Part shown: in pieces, positions 39,289 through 48,170 of the stretch
Position numbering within the stretch: position 1 is the first letter of the stretch
Layout: each line of letters begins with the position of its first letter
Assembly (NCBI GenBank): GCA_963662285.2
Contig: CAXXMV010000003.1
Location: forward strand, 1-64,000
DNA: 64,000 bases
Origin: a bacterium
GTDB lineage: Bacteria; Hinthialibacterota; Hinthialibacteria; Hinthialibacterales; Hinthialibacteraceae
Direction of reading: 5' to 3'
Translations under genes and position numbers: made by a program
Notes under the pieces: model-generated
Told to the model about the DNA's origin: nothing
What the model saw: only the letters and a program-made list of their open reading frames with translations
Database searches by the model: none

Positions 39289-42264
39289 ATGACAAAAACA
39301 ACACTAGGCATCGATTTAGGCACAAATTCTATCGGTTGGGCTTTGTTGAATGAGAAAAAAGAGCAGATTATTGCTACTGGCGTCCGCATCTTTCCTGAAG
39401 GCGTGGACCGGGACCAGAAAGGCGGAGAAATATCCAAGAATCAAACCCGCCGGGAAAAACGCGGTCAACGCAGGCAGACCGCACGAAGAAGAAGCCGGAA
39501 ACATAGGTTGTTAAAACAACTCATTGAAGTTGGATTATTACCGCAGCAGCAGGATGATTTTTACCCTTTATTAACCAATCCTTATGAGTTGCGGAAACGA
39601 GGTTTGGATGAACAACTCTCTCTGCATCAATTCGGAAGAGTCTTGCTTCACCTAAATCAACGGCGGGGATTCAAATCCAACCGTAAAAGCGATAAGCAAA
39701 ATCAGAAAGAAACCTCCGACATGCTCAAGGAGATCAGTCAACTGGAAAGCGATATCCATGAGAACGGTTGCCGCACCCTGGGCGAATATTTTTATAAGAT
39801 TCAAAACACGGATTCTAATGATAAGAAGCAAAACCATATAAGGCTCCGCTCGCATCATACCCACCGGGAAATGTATGAGAAAGAACTGGAACTGTTGTGG
39901 CAGGCACAGCAGAAATTTTACCCCGAAGTATTAATCGATGATCTCTATGATGATGTGCGTCAAACAATGTTTTTCCAGCGCGATATGTATTGGGACCCCA
40001 AAACTATTGGCCTGTGTGAATTGGAAAACCAAAAACGCTGTCCACGTGCGGATCGCATGGCGCAAAGATTCCGCTTGCGGCAGGAGATTAATAATCTGCG
40101 TCTGCTGGATGAATCTACAGGAGAGGTTCGTTCATTAAACGCCGAAGAGCGCGAGAAGGTTTATGAAAAGTTATCAACCACCAGAGAGCGGAGTTTTGAT
40201 AAGATACGAACTGATCTCGGCTTTGATGAACATTGCAAATTCAATTTTGAAAATGGCAAACGCAACAAACTTAAAGGCCTGGAAACCGATGCCATTCTTT
40301 CAGGGAAAAAATATTTAGGCAAAAAGTGGTTTGAATATTCTGATCAAAGAAAAGACGAGATTGTTTATTGTATTATTGATGAGAAATTAGGCGACCATGA
40401 TTTTCTGGATAAAGCCCAAAATGAATGGGGTATGGATAAAGAAACCGCAGAGAATTTACTGGGCGTAAACCTGCCCGATCATTATATGAATTTCAGCCGT
40501 AAGGCGATTGAAAAGTTGTTGCCCGCCCTTGAAGAAGGTTTACCTCTGATGACCGATGATAAGAAAGAATCGGCCATGAGCCGGGCGGGATATCTGCGCC
40601 CCGATCAACGGCCAAACAAAATTGAGGATTTTTTACCCAAACCACCAGACTTACCTAATCCCATCGTTAGGCAGGCGCTATTCGAGTTCCGCAAGTTACT
40701 CAATGCCATCATCCGTGAATATGGTAAGCCGGATAAAATTAATATCGAACTGGCGCGGGACGTGAAAAATCCCAAAAAGGTTCGCGAGGAAATCTCTATC
40801 AAAATTTGGGAGCGTACGCAACTAAGGGAAACCGCAAAACAAGAGATTGAAAAACTTGGTGAAAAACCTACCCGCGATAACATAGCACGATATTTATTAT
40901 GGGAAGAACAGGGCCGTATCTGCGTTTATTCCGGCAATAATATTAGCCTTGCTCAACTTATGAAGGGAGAAATTGATGTCGATCATATTCTGCCTTATTC
41001 CAGAAGCCTGGATGATTCACTGCAAAACAAAGTGGTCTGTTTCCGCAAAGCCAATGCCGATAAAGGAGACCAGACGCCTTATGAATGGCTGGCTGAGATG
41101 CATCCCACCCAGTATGAAGAAGTCCAGCAACGCATACGAAAATTGCCTTTTGGAAAACGGCAAAGATTTACCCGTAAAAATGTAGAGTTAGATGATTTTG
41201 TAAACCGGCAACTGACGGACATCCAATACATAAGCCGTGAAGTAATGAAATACGTGCGTTGTCTTGGTTCTGAAATTGTTTGCACCAAAGGACAGAACAC
41301 CTCTGACCTGCGCCATGTATGGGGCTTAAACACTGTTTTGAATAATGAAAACTTGAATATCAAGAATCGTGAAGACCACCGCCATCATGCAGTCGATGCC
41401 ATTGTGGTGGCGCTGACCGACCGCTCGCGTTTGCAGCAACTGGCCCGCTCACGCAAACGCACTAAAGGTCAAATCGAGTTCCCCCACCCCTGGCCCAACT
41501 TCCGCAATGAAGCCGAAAAACATATCAACTCCATTATCGTCTCTCATCGCGTTCAGCGCAAAATCCAGGGCGCCTTGCACAAGGAAACCATTTATGGCGC
41601 TACAAAGAAATCCGGCGAATATGTTTACCGAAAACTGATTACAGATTCAAGTTTTACCTTAAACATGGTCAACTTAATAAGAGATCCAGTGATAAAAGAT
41701 TTAGTGATTGAACGCTTAAAAAAATTTGGGTATGAGCCTGGAAGAGGTAAAGGAACTATAAAAAAGGAAGTCTGGAAAGAACCTCTTACTATGCTATCAG
41801 GAACACTAATCAAAAAAGTTCGTTTAATTAAAAAGAATAAAACAATTCAACCAATTCGTGGAGGAAACTCTCATGTTCAACCAGGAAATACTCATCACAT
41901 TTGTCTTTTCAAAAAAGAAGGGAAAATATGTAAAATGATTTCTGTACCCATGATTGAGGCAGCCCGTCGTGTAAAAGATCATGAACCTATCATTCAACGT
42001 GATCCTCCTCCAGATTATCCTGATTCGGTGTTCTTCATGTCGTTAAGTAATAATGAAATAGTTATGTTGAAACATAAAGGAGTGGAAGATATCTACCGTT
42101 TTGATACTTCAGCATCTACTAGCCAGCAAATGCATTTCATCCATCATACTTATGCTGTAAAAGAAAAAACACCAGCTGTTCGACTGAGTAAAAAACCGTC
42201 CACTCTTGATGCGCGGAAAATCACGGTCGATATCCTGGGACGTATCCGCAACGCCAATGATTAG
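39289..42264 (+). CDS. cas9: Type II-C CRISPR nuclease Cas9, 991 aa
   Basis: RuvC-I GIDLGTNSIGWA, Arg-rich bridge helix, RRGFKSNRK, RuvC-II IELARD, HNH DVDHILPYSRSLDDS--NKV, RuvC-III HHAVDA. Confidence 0.97.
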   Translation: MTKTTLGIDLGTNSIGWALLNEKKEQIIATGVRIFPEGVDRDQKGGEISKNQTRREKRGQRRQTARRRSRKHRLLKQLIEVGLLPQQQDDFYPLLTNPYELRKRGLDEQLSLHQFGRVLLHLNQRRGFKSNRKSDKQNQKETSDMLKEISQLESDIHENGCRTLGEYFYKIQNTDSNDKKQNHIRLRSHHTHREMYEKELELLWQAQQKFYPEVLIDDLYDDVRQTMFFQRDMYWDPKTIGLCELENQKRCPRADRMAQRFRLRQEINNLRLLDESTGEVRSLNAEEREKVYEKLSTTRERSFDKIRTDLGFDEHCKFNFENGKRNKLKGLETDAILSGKKYLGKKWFEYSDQRKDEIVYCIIDEKLGDHDFLDKAQNEWGMDKETAENLLGVNLPDHYMNFSRKAIEKLLPALEEGLPLMTDDKKESAMSRAGYLRPDQRPNKIEDFLPKPPDLPNPIVRQALFEFRKLLNAIIREYGKPDKINIELARDVKNPKKVREEISIKIWERTQLRETAKQEIEKLGEKPTRDNIARYLLWEEQGRICVYSGNNISLAQLMKGEIDVDHILPYSRSLDDSLQNKVVCFRKANADKGDQTPYEWLAEMHPTQYEEVQQRIRKLPFGKRQRFTRKNVELDDFVNRQLTDIQYISREVMKYVRCLGSEIVCTKGQNTSDLRHVWGLNTVLNNENLNIKNREDHRHHAVDAIVVALTDRSRLQQLARSRKRTKGQIEFPHPWPNFRNEAEKHINSIIVSHRVQRKIQGALHKETIYGATKKSGEYVYRKLITDSSFTLNMVNLIRDPVIKDLVIERLKKFGYEPGRGKGTIKKEVWKEPLTMLSGTLIKKVRLIKKNKTIQPIRGGNSHVQPGNTHHICLFKKEGKICKMISVPMIEAARRVKDHEPIIQRDPPPDYPDSVFFMSLSNNEIVMLKHKGVEDIYRFDTSASTSQQMHFIHHTYAVKEKTPAVRLSKKPSTLDARKITVDILGRIRNAND

Positions 42265-42277
42265 GAGTTAAGTTCAG

Positions 42278-43189
42278 ATGATTAAAAGAACCATCGAGAT
42301 ATCCAGTTTGCCTTCTTATATCCGTGTGCGGTTCGATCAATTGGAGATTAGACAGAGGGATGGTGATAATGAGAAAACCTCTAAAATCCCTTGTGAAGAT
42401 ATAGGGCTGATGATTGTCGATCAACATGAATCCACCTACACCCACGCCGCGCTATCCAAATTGATGGATGCCGGGGCTACTCTGGTGGTTTGCGGCAGGG
42501 ATCATCTCCCCTCAGGCATGCTATTGCCCATATCGGAGCATACCGAAGTTATCTGGCGTATTGATAGCCAGATTTCGGTCAGTAAACCAATACGCAAACA
42601 ATTATGGCAACAGATCGTTCAGGCAAAAATCCGGGCGCAAGCCAACAACCTCCAGAAAGCAACCAAAGAATATATCCGTTTGATGGAGTTAGCCAAAAAC
42701 GTCCGCTCCGGCGATCCAGGCAACTTTGAAGCGCAGGCCGCCCGCTTTTATTGGCCTGTCTGGCTGCCGGGTGAAAAACCATTCCGCCGAAATTCTGACG
42801 GAAAAGACAAAATAAATATCCTGTTGAATTACGGTTATAGCATAGTTCGCGCCTCAGTGGCGCGGGCTATCGTTTCCGCCGGATTGCTGCCTCATTTTGG
42901 ACTGCACCATTCCAACCGTTCCAATGCCTTTTGTCTGGCGGATGATTTGATGGAACCGTTTCGCCCGATGGTGGATTATAAAGTCCGTAAATTAGCGCTG
43001 GATGGCAACCCGCAATTAAACCGTGATACAAAGGCGGTGTTGCTGGAGACTCTAACCGATACGGTTCAGATCAAGGAACAATGCGGACCATTGATGGTGG
43101 CTCTGCACCGGATGATAGCATCGCTGGTGCGTTGTTATGATGGAGAAGATAAGCAGTTGTTGATTCCTGAAGTAATTAAGAGCAAATAA
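42278..43189 (+). CDS. cas1: Type II Cas1
   Basis: IPCEDIG, SGDPGNFEAQAARFYW, NILLNYGY, GLHH, LADDLMEPFRP. Confidence 0.97.
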   Translation: MIKRTIEISSLPSYIRVRFDQLEIRQRDGDNEKTSKIPCEDIGLMIVDQHESTYTHAALSKLMDAGATLVVCGRDHLPSGMLLPISEHTEVIWRIDSQISVSKPIRKQLWQQIVQAKIRAQANNLQKATKEYIRLMELAKNVRSGDPGNFEAQAARFYWPVWLPGEKPFRRNSDGKDKINILLNYGYSIVRASVARAIVSAGLLPHFGLHHSNRSNAFCLADDLMEPFRPMVDYKVRKLALDGNPQLNRDTKAVLLETLTDTVQIKEQCGPLMVALHRMIASLVRCYDGEDKQLLIPEVIKSK

Positions 43190-43193
43190 AATC

Positions 43194-43523
43194 ATGGAAC
43201 TCAGTGGATATAGATGCATGTGGATAATCGTGATGTTTGACCTTCCGACAGCGACGAAGACGGCCCGGCGTCAATACACGCGTTTTCGTTCAATACTCTT
43301 AAAAGACGGTTACGCTCAGATGCAATATTCGGTATACTATCGTCATTGCGCCAGTAAGGAGAATACAAGCGTCCATGCAGAAAGAATCAAGAAAGCCCTG
43401 CCTCCAGATGGGGAGGTGCGCATTCTTACAATTACAGACAAACAGTTCGAGCGTATGGAAGTGTTTTGGGGAAAAAAACGCACCAAAAGCGAAACCGCGC
43501 CCGTGCAACTTGAGTTTTTTTGA
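43194..43523 (+). CDS. cas2: Cas2
   Basis: MWIIVMFDLP, FR--LLKDGY-QMQYSVY, ITDKQF; no csn2 or cas4 follows, hence II-C. Confidence 0.97.
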   Translation: MELSGYRCMWIIVMFDLPTATKTARRQYTRFRSILLKDGYAQMQYSVYYRHCASKENTSVHAERIKKALPPDGEVRILTITDKQFERMEVFWGKKRTKSETAPVQLEFF

Positions 43524-43573
43524 TGTTAAATCTCCACTAACCTCCTCAATAGTCTCCAGTTGGAGAAGAGTGT

Positions 43574-45043
43574 ATTGTAAACCATCTCAGTCAGTAAGCA
43601 ATCCGCTAACCGCCGCAGTGAACGCAATCGCCAGGCAATGATTGTAAACCATCTCAGTCAGTAAGCAATCCGCAACTTATGCAAATAAGGTAGCCGGTTA
43701 TGATAGATTGTAAACCATCTCAGTCAGTAAGCAATCCGCAACTGAGCCTGTGATTGCAATCTCGTTAGTGATATTGTAAACCATCTCAGTCAGTAAGCAA
43801 TCCGCAACACGGACGATCAGACACGCTAGAAGGCATAGATTGTAAACCATCTCAGTCAGTAAGCAATCCGCAACGGGTATCAGAAGTATTATCTATTACC
43901 CATCATTGTAAACCATCTCAGTCAGTAAGCAATCCGCAACCAACAGAATAATAGTCATTCAATACTGTAGTATTGTAAACCATCTCAGTCAGTAAGCAAT
44001 CCGCAACAGATGCGTAACAACAATTAACCCCGTAGGTATTGTAAACCATCTCAGTCAGTAAGCAATCCGCAACAGCCTATAGCGTCTCTCCAATCGCCAC
44101 TGATTGTAAACCATCTCAGTCAGTAAGCAATCCGCAACAAGTTGGAGCGCAGCAGTATCGTTGTACTGATTGTAAACCATCTCAGTCAGTAAGCAATCCG
44201 CAACGCATGGCGTATGCTAATAATAGATGCATCTATTGTAAACCATCTCAGTCAGTAAGCAATCCGCAACGGACAGTGCAACTCTCTGACCGGATATCAA
44301 TTGTAAACCATCTCAGTCAGTAAGCAATCCGCAACTAACCCAGGATTACGTTCCACCAGCGGAACATTGTAAACCATCTCAGTCAGTAAGCAATCCGCAA
44401 CATCTAGGTATGAAACAATTTATAGATGATGATTGTAAACCATCTCAGTCAGTAAGCAATCCGCAACCATATTACGAGTGAGGTTATTGAAATGAAAATT
44501 GTAAACCATCTCAGTCAGTAAGCAATCCGCAACTATACCGTTGGACAGGCTGGCCATGATGCAATTGTAAACCATCTCAGTCAGTAAGCAATCCGCAACG
44601 ATTAGATATCAATGCAAAATAAGGATTTTATTGTAAACCATCTCAGTCAGTAAGCAATCCGCAACAAACCAGGCGGAGCCTTTCTGATCTTTGTAATTGT
44701 AAACCATCTCAGTCAGTAAGCAATCCGCAACTATTCTCCAATAGTCGCTAGGTACGTGTTTATTGTAAACCATCTCAGTCAGTAAGCAATCCGCAACGGC
44801 ACGTGTGTAGCTGTTGGCGCTGGCGTAATTGTAAACCATCTCAGTCAGTAAGCAATCCGCAACTAATAAAGTTAGGTGCGTTGATAATTGATAAATTGTA
44901 AACCATCTCAGTCAGTAAGCAATCCGCAACCAAATGCGGACAATAGCCAAAGGCGGAACTATTGTAAACCATCTCAGTCAGTAAGCAATCCGCAACGAAC
45001 TCCTAGCGGGCGGCATGATGAAGGTATTGTAAACCATCTCAGT
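43574..45043 (-). CRISPR. CRISPR array: 22 full 36-bp repeats plus one half repeat, 22 spacers of 29-31 bp
   Basis: Repeat ATTGTAAACCATCTCAGTCAGTAAGCAATCCGCAAC on +; crRNA orientation is minus because the minus-strand tracrRNA is complementary to GTTGCGG...TACAAT; first repeat has a 1-nt insertion, last is cut after 18 bp. Confidence 0.98.
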
Positions 45044-45308
45044 GAAGTAGGATGAGACAAAGCGTAAGCGTTTCCCATCGGGGTTTCAATCCGCCTATGT
45101 ATTTATCAATGATTTCAGGTGTATCAGAATCGTCCTAATCTTGATCGTACCATCTGGATTTAACATCTTTATGGAATGAAAACCATTTCCATTCGCCGGG
45201 TTGATTTACATAGACGTTAGGATCATTAAAAAGATTGTTGCGGTTATTAGTTTTTAGTGGGTGGATAGAAATCCGATGGGACACGCTGACGCTTTGTCCC
45301 ATCCTACC
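45041..45308. repeat. Inverted pair of family A REP elements (REPIN-like)
   Basis: AGTGAAGTAGGATGAGACAAAGCG...TCCCATCG at 45041-45080 and CGATGGGAC...GTCCCATCCTAC at 45274-45308. Confidence 0.75.
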
Positions 45309-45315
45309 TGCTATA

Positions 45316-45618
45316 TTAATCGATATCCGAGTGGCGGAGGGTGATATCTCCGTTCATTTCGCAGTGGTCGAGGATGCCCATGACCATCTCTTTGATGGGG
45401 GCGATTTTGATGCCGAAGACCATTTGGGCGGCGCCTGGGGCGGCGCCCATCAGTACGTATTCGCCTTTTCCGGCGCCGACGTAATCGACCGCTATGGTGG
45501 ATATGCCCTGAGGGGTTCCGTCGGGCAGCACTGGTTGAATGATGAGCAGAGTTCGCGCATCATAGGCTTCATGTTTTATAGTTGAAACAACGTTTCCTAA
45601 TACGCGGCCTATTCTCAT
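45316..45618 (-). CDS. Microcompartment vertex protein, EutN/CcmL (BMC-P)
   Basis: MRIGRVLGNVVSTIKH, AVDYVGAGKGEYVL, MGILD. Confidence 0.9.
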   Translation of the reverse strand: MRIGRVLGNVVSTIKHEAYDARTLLIIQPVLPDGTPQGISTIAVDYVGAGKGEYVLMGAAPGAAQMVFGIKIAPIKEMVMGILDHCEMNGDITLRHSDID

Positions 45619-45893
45619 GATCCCTCATCCGTAGACATACTATCTACAATTCCGACAATGGTGGCGTCGGAGGGCATTTCGTGACCTTCTTTTATGGTCG
45701 CCGCATCGCCGCCTTCCACATAAAAAACCGTCTCGCCAGTACCGCATTGGTTATCGGGATCAATGGCGATAAGTGGATTGCCGATCTCTTCGCGATTCTC
45801 GTTGAGCGGTTGGATGAAGCAGAATTTCATCCCGGTGAAGCTATGATGTTTCTGCGTCGCCCAAAGCGAGCCGATCACTTTTGCCAGGTTCAT
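45615..45893 (-). CDS. Microcompartment vertex protein, EutN/CcmL (BMC-P)
   Basis: MNLAKVIGSLWATQK, GTGETVF, DATIVGIVD. Confidence 0.9.
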   Translation of the reverse strand: MNLAKVIGSLWATQKHHSFTGMKFCFIQPLNENREEIGNPLIAIDPDNQCGTGETVFYVEGGDAATIKEGHEMPSDATIVGIVDSMSTDEGS

Positions 45894-45901
45894 AATTAGA
45901 C

Positions 45902-46210
45902 CTACGCGCCTTCCTGCGACTTGTCATATTTGATCTGGCCGTGGATATCCATCGAATCGACGATAGCCATGATGACGGCGTCGACAGGAAGACCTTTGGT
46001 CTCTTCGGTCAGGCGGGCGGATGAGCCGGTGGCGCATACCACCACTTCTCCATTACCGGCGCCGCATGAATCAGCGGCTATCACAAAACTTTTGGTTGGT
46101 TCAATATCAAGGTTCAAATGCTGTACCAAGAGCAGTTTCAAACCTACCAGTTTGGGGTCTTTCTGGGTGGATACCACAGAGCCGACAACTTTGGCCAAAA
46201 ACATAATCAA
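45902..46210 (-). CDS. Microcompartment vertex protein, EutN/CcmL (BMC-P)
   Basis: MFLAKVVGSVVSTQKDPKL-G-KLLLV, GAGNGEVV---TGSSAR, PVDAVIMAIVD. Confidence 0.93.
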   Translation of the reverse strand: MIMFLAKVVGSVVSTQKDPKLVGLKLLLVQHLNLDIEPTKSFVIAADSCGAGNGEVVVCATGSSARLTEETKGLPVDAVIMAIVDSMDIHGQIKYDKSQEGA

Positions 46211-46240
46211 TCCTCACTATTTTGAATCTACAACTGATTT

Positions 46241-46759
46241 TTAATATGATCCCGGAATTCTCATCATGTCACTACTGGGAATAGACAGTTCCACATCGCT
46301 GACAACGCAGGCTTTAATGCCAACCGCAGTTTCGTCGCAGTCGGGAAATTTATGACATTTTATACACCCAGCCCAGACTTTATGCGGTAGTTCCGCTTTG
46401 TCCAAGACTTCAAAGCCTAATCGGGTGAAAAAATCGGGGATTTTAGTCAGCGCGAAAACGCGTTGAATGCTTAATTGCTTCGCTTCTTCCAAACAGGCTT
46501 CGATCAAAGCTTTGCCGTAGCCCTTTTTGCGTCCATGATGATCGACCACCAGGGATATGATCTCGGCCAGGTTGCCCCACACGATATGCAAGCCTACGCA
46601 GCCATGAACTTCACCGTCAAGTTCGATAACAAAGAAATCGCGTAAATTTTCATAAAGTTCACTAAGGGGCCGGGGAAGCATGAAGCCTTCCTTCATATGG
46701 TCTTCTATTAATTTCTTAATGCGAGGCACATCAGCCACGCATGCTTTTCTGATTTTCAT
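46241..46759 (-). CDS. Short GNAT N-acetyltransferase, N-acetylglutamate synthase (ArgA)-like
   Basis: MLPRPLSELYENLRDF, RVFALT, LPHKVW--C-KC-KFPDCDE. Confidence 0.85.
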   Translation of the reverse strand: MKIRKACVADVPRIKKLIEDHMKEGFMLPRPLSELYENLRDFFVIELDGEVHGCVGLHIVWGNLAEIISLVVDHHGRKKGYGKALIEACLEEAKQLSIQRVFALTKIPDFFTRLGFEVLDKAELPHKVWAGCIKCHKFPDCDETAVGIKACVVSDVELSIPSSDMMRIPGSY

Positions 46760-47179
46760 GCATATTCCATTCTAAATGCTTCTGAAAAATTAGCATATGG
46801 CGTTAAATTCTGAATTATCTTATTTTATCACGCTTATGGCTGAATCGAAGCAGAAGGAGAATAAAAAGATTGATGTTTCACTTGTTTTGTCCGATGGTGG
46901 TTTGTATTTATCCCTGATCCAGTCCTTTCATGGGGGCGGAGTTTTTGGGCGAGATGATATTTAGCGCCGACGGTAGGTCGGAATGAAGAATTGGTTTGAT
47001 AATATATCCAAGAACAAAAAAAGGAGGATAAACGCTTGAATCTATTGAATCTGTTCGATTAAGCAAATGCCGCCTTTTGGCGGCTCATAAAGCAATCCGT
47101 TTTGTGCGGTTCACAATATCAAGCCTCCCGGAGGTACATGACTGCGTCTCCAAATCGATGCACCCTGCCGGGTGCATAT

Positions 47180-47209
47180 AAAAAAGACCTTCCATAACGG
47201 AAGGTCTTT
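47180..47209 (-). terminator. Rho-independent terminator of the pseudopilin gene
   Basis: AAAGACCTTCC / GGAAGGTCTTT stem with a T-run on the minus strand. Confidence 0.8.
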
Positions 47210-47252
47210 GGTTCAAGGCGAATCGGTGGATATTATTAATAATGGGTGGTGA

Positions 47253-47930
47253 TTAGTCGCTCATAGTTCCGCTGCTCATCATATAGATGTCGCCGATGCT
47301 GATCAAGCCGTTTGACGTTGTATATGGCGTTCCTCTTTCACCGCCAGTACCGCCGATATATCCATCCGGACCAAGACCTATCAAACCGAATTCATTGGGC
47401 TGCATCGGCCTTCGTCCAAACTGTTCCGCATAAGGTGAGTTAAATCCGGCGACTCCTTGATTGCCGCCAGCTTTATTCCCTCCGGGAATGTGGGGATCAA
47501 CATCGCAGTACATATAGGTGTCAAACGGGCTGCCGAAGCCTCTGTCTGATTCGGCTTTCATTTTTGTGATAAATGGATCAACTGGAATAGAAGACATGTA
47601 AGAAATCGGACTGGTTAATACCGCGAGATAGTCCATTGCGCTGCGGGTTGCTTCTGGAAAATCACCCACGCCATTAAACACATTTTTCAAAATTTCACGC
47701 CCTTCTGCAGTATCATCGTCCCAGCCGTCAATAGGCAGATGATTGGTGTCTAATTGCAGCATTTGGATGCTGGTGATAACTGATTTCATGTCTGCATAGC
47801 AACGGGCAATTTTTGCTCTTGACTGTGCATTCAAAAAGTTCGGAACCGCAATCGCCGCTAGAATCCCTATGATCGCAACGACAATAAGCAGTTCGATAAG
47901 CGTGAAACCTAATCGGGAACGTGTTTTCAT
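47253..47930 (-). CDS. Prepilin-type N-terminal cleavage/methylation domain protein (pseudopilin-like)
   Basis: G/FTLIELLIVVAIIGILAAIAVPNF; LTSPISYM--IP-DPF, GPDG, SNGL-S-GDI. Confidence 0.9.
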   Translation of the reverse strand: MKTRSRLGFTLIELLIVVAIIGILAAIAVPNFLNAQSRAKIARCYADMKSVITSIQMLQLDTNHLPIDGWDDDTAEGREILKNVFNGVGDFPEATRSAMDYLAVLTSPISYMSSIPVDPFITKMKAESDRGFGSPFDTYMYCDVDPHIPGGNKAGGNQGVAGFNSPYAEQFGRRPMQPNEFGLIGLGPDGYIGGTGGERGTPYTTSNGLISIGDIYMMSSGTMSD

Positions 47931-48170
47931 AGCGCCTCTTCAATACTCGTGTATTTTGAGTCCTGGACAATTATCCATTTTTGTTACTTTTATCAAAATC
48001 CGCCTTACATGTCAAGCGTATTATGTAATTTTGTTTAAATTTATGCGGAAATATATGAGTTCAACAGATTCATTTCTTCGCCATATCACAATCATACAAA
48101 CCGCCGACGCAGATGGATCCGGTGGGTCAAAAAACGAGACCAACCCTATGGGGACTAAGCATATGTTAAC

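Noticed and set aside
38963-39437. Short ORFs (88 aa and 71 aa) near cas9 as anti-CRISPR or accessory genes
   Set aside because: They overlap the tracrRNA or lie antisense to cas9 and show no protein-like motifs
44609-44839. 76-aa ORF with repeated VADCLLTEMVYN
   Set aside because: Translation of CRISPR repeats, not a gene
43611-45025. Self-targeting or duplicated spacers
   Set aside because: None noticed by eye within the window; not an exhaustive search
45235-46244. Plus-strand ORFs after the array as CRISPR-associated effectors, or BMC genes as part of the CRISPR system
   Set aside because: The ORFs are shadows of the minus-strand BMC-P genes; the BMC genes converge on the array and are separated by REPs, so adjacency looks incidental
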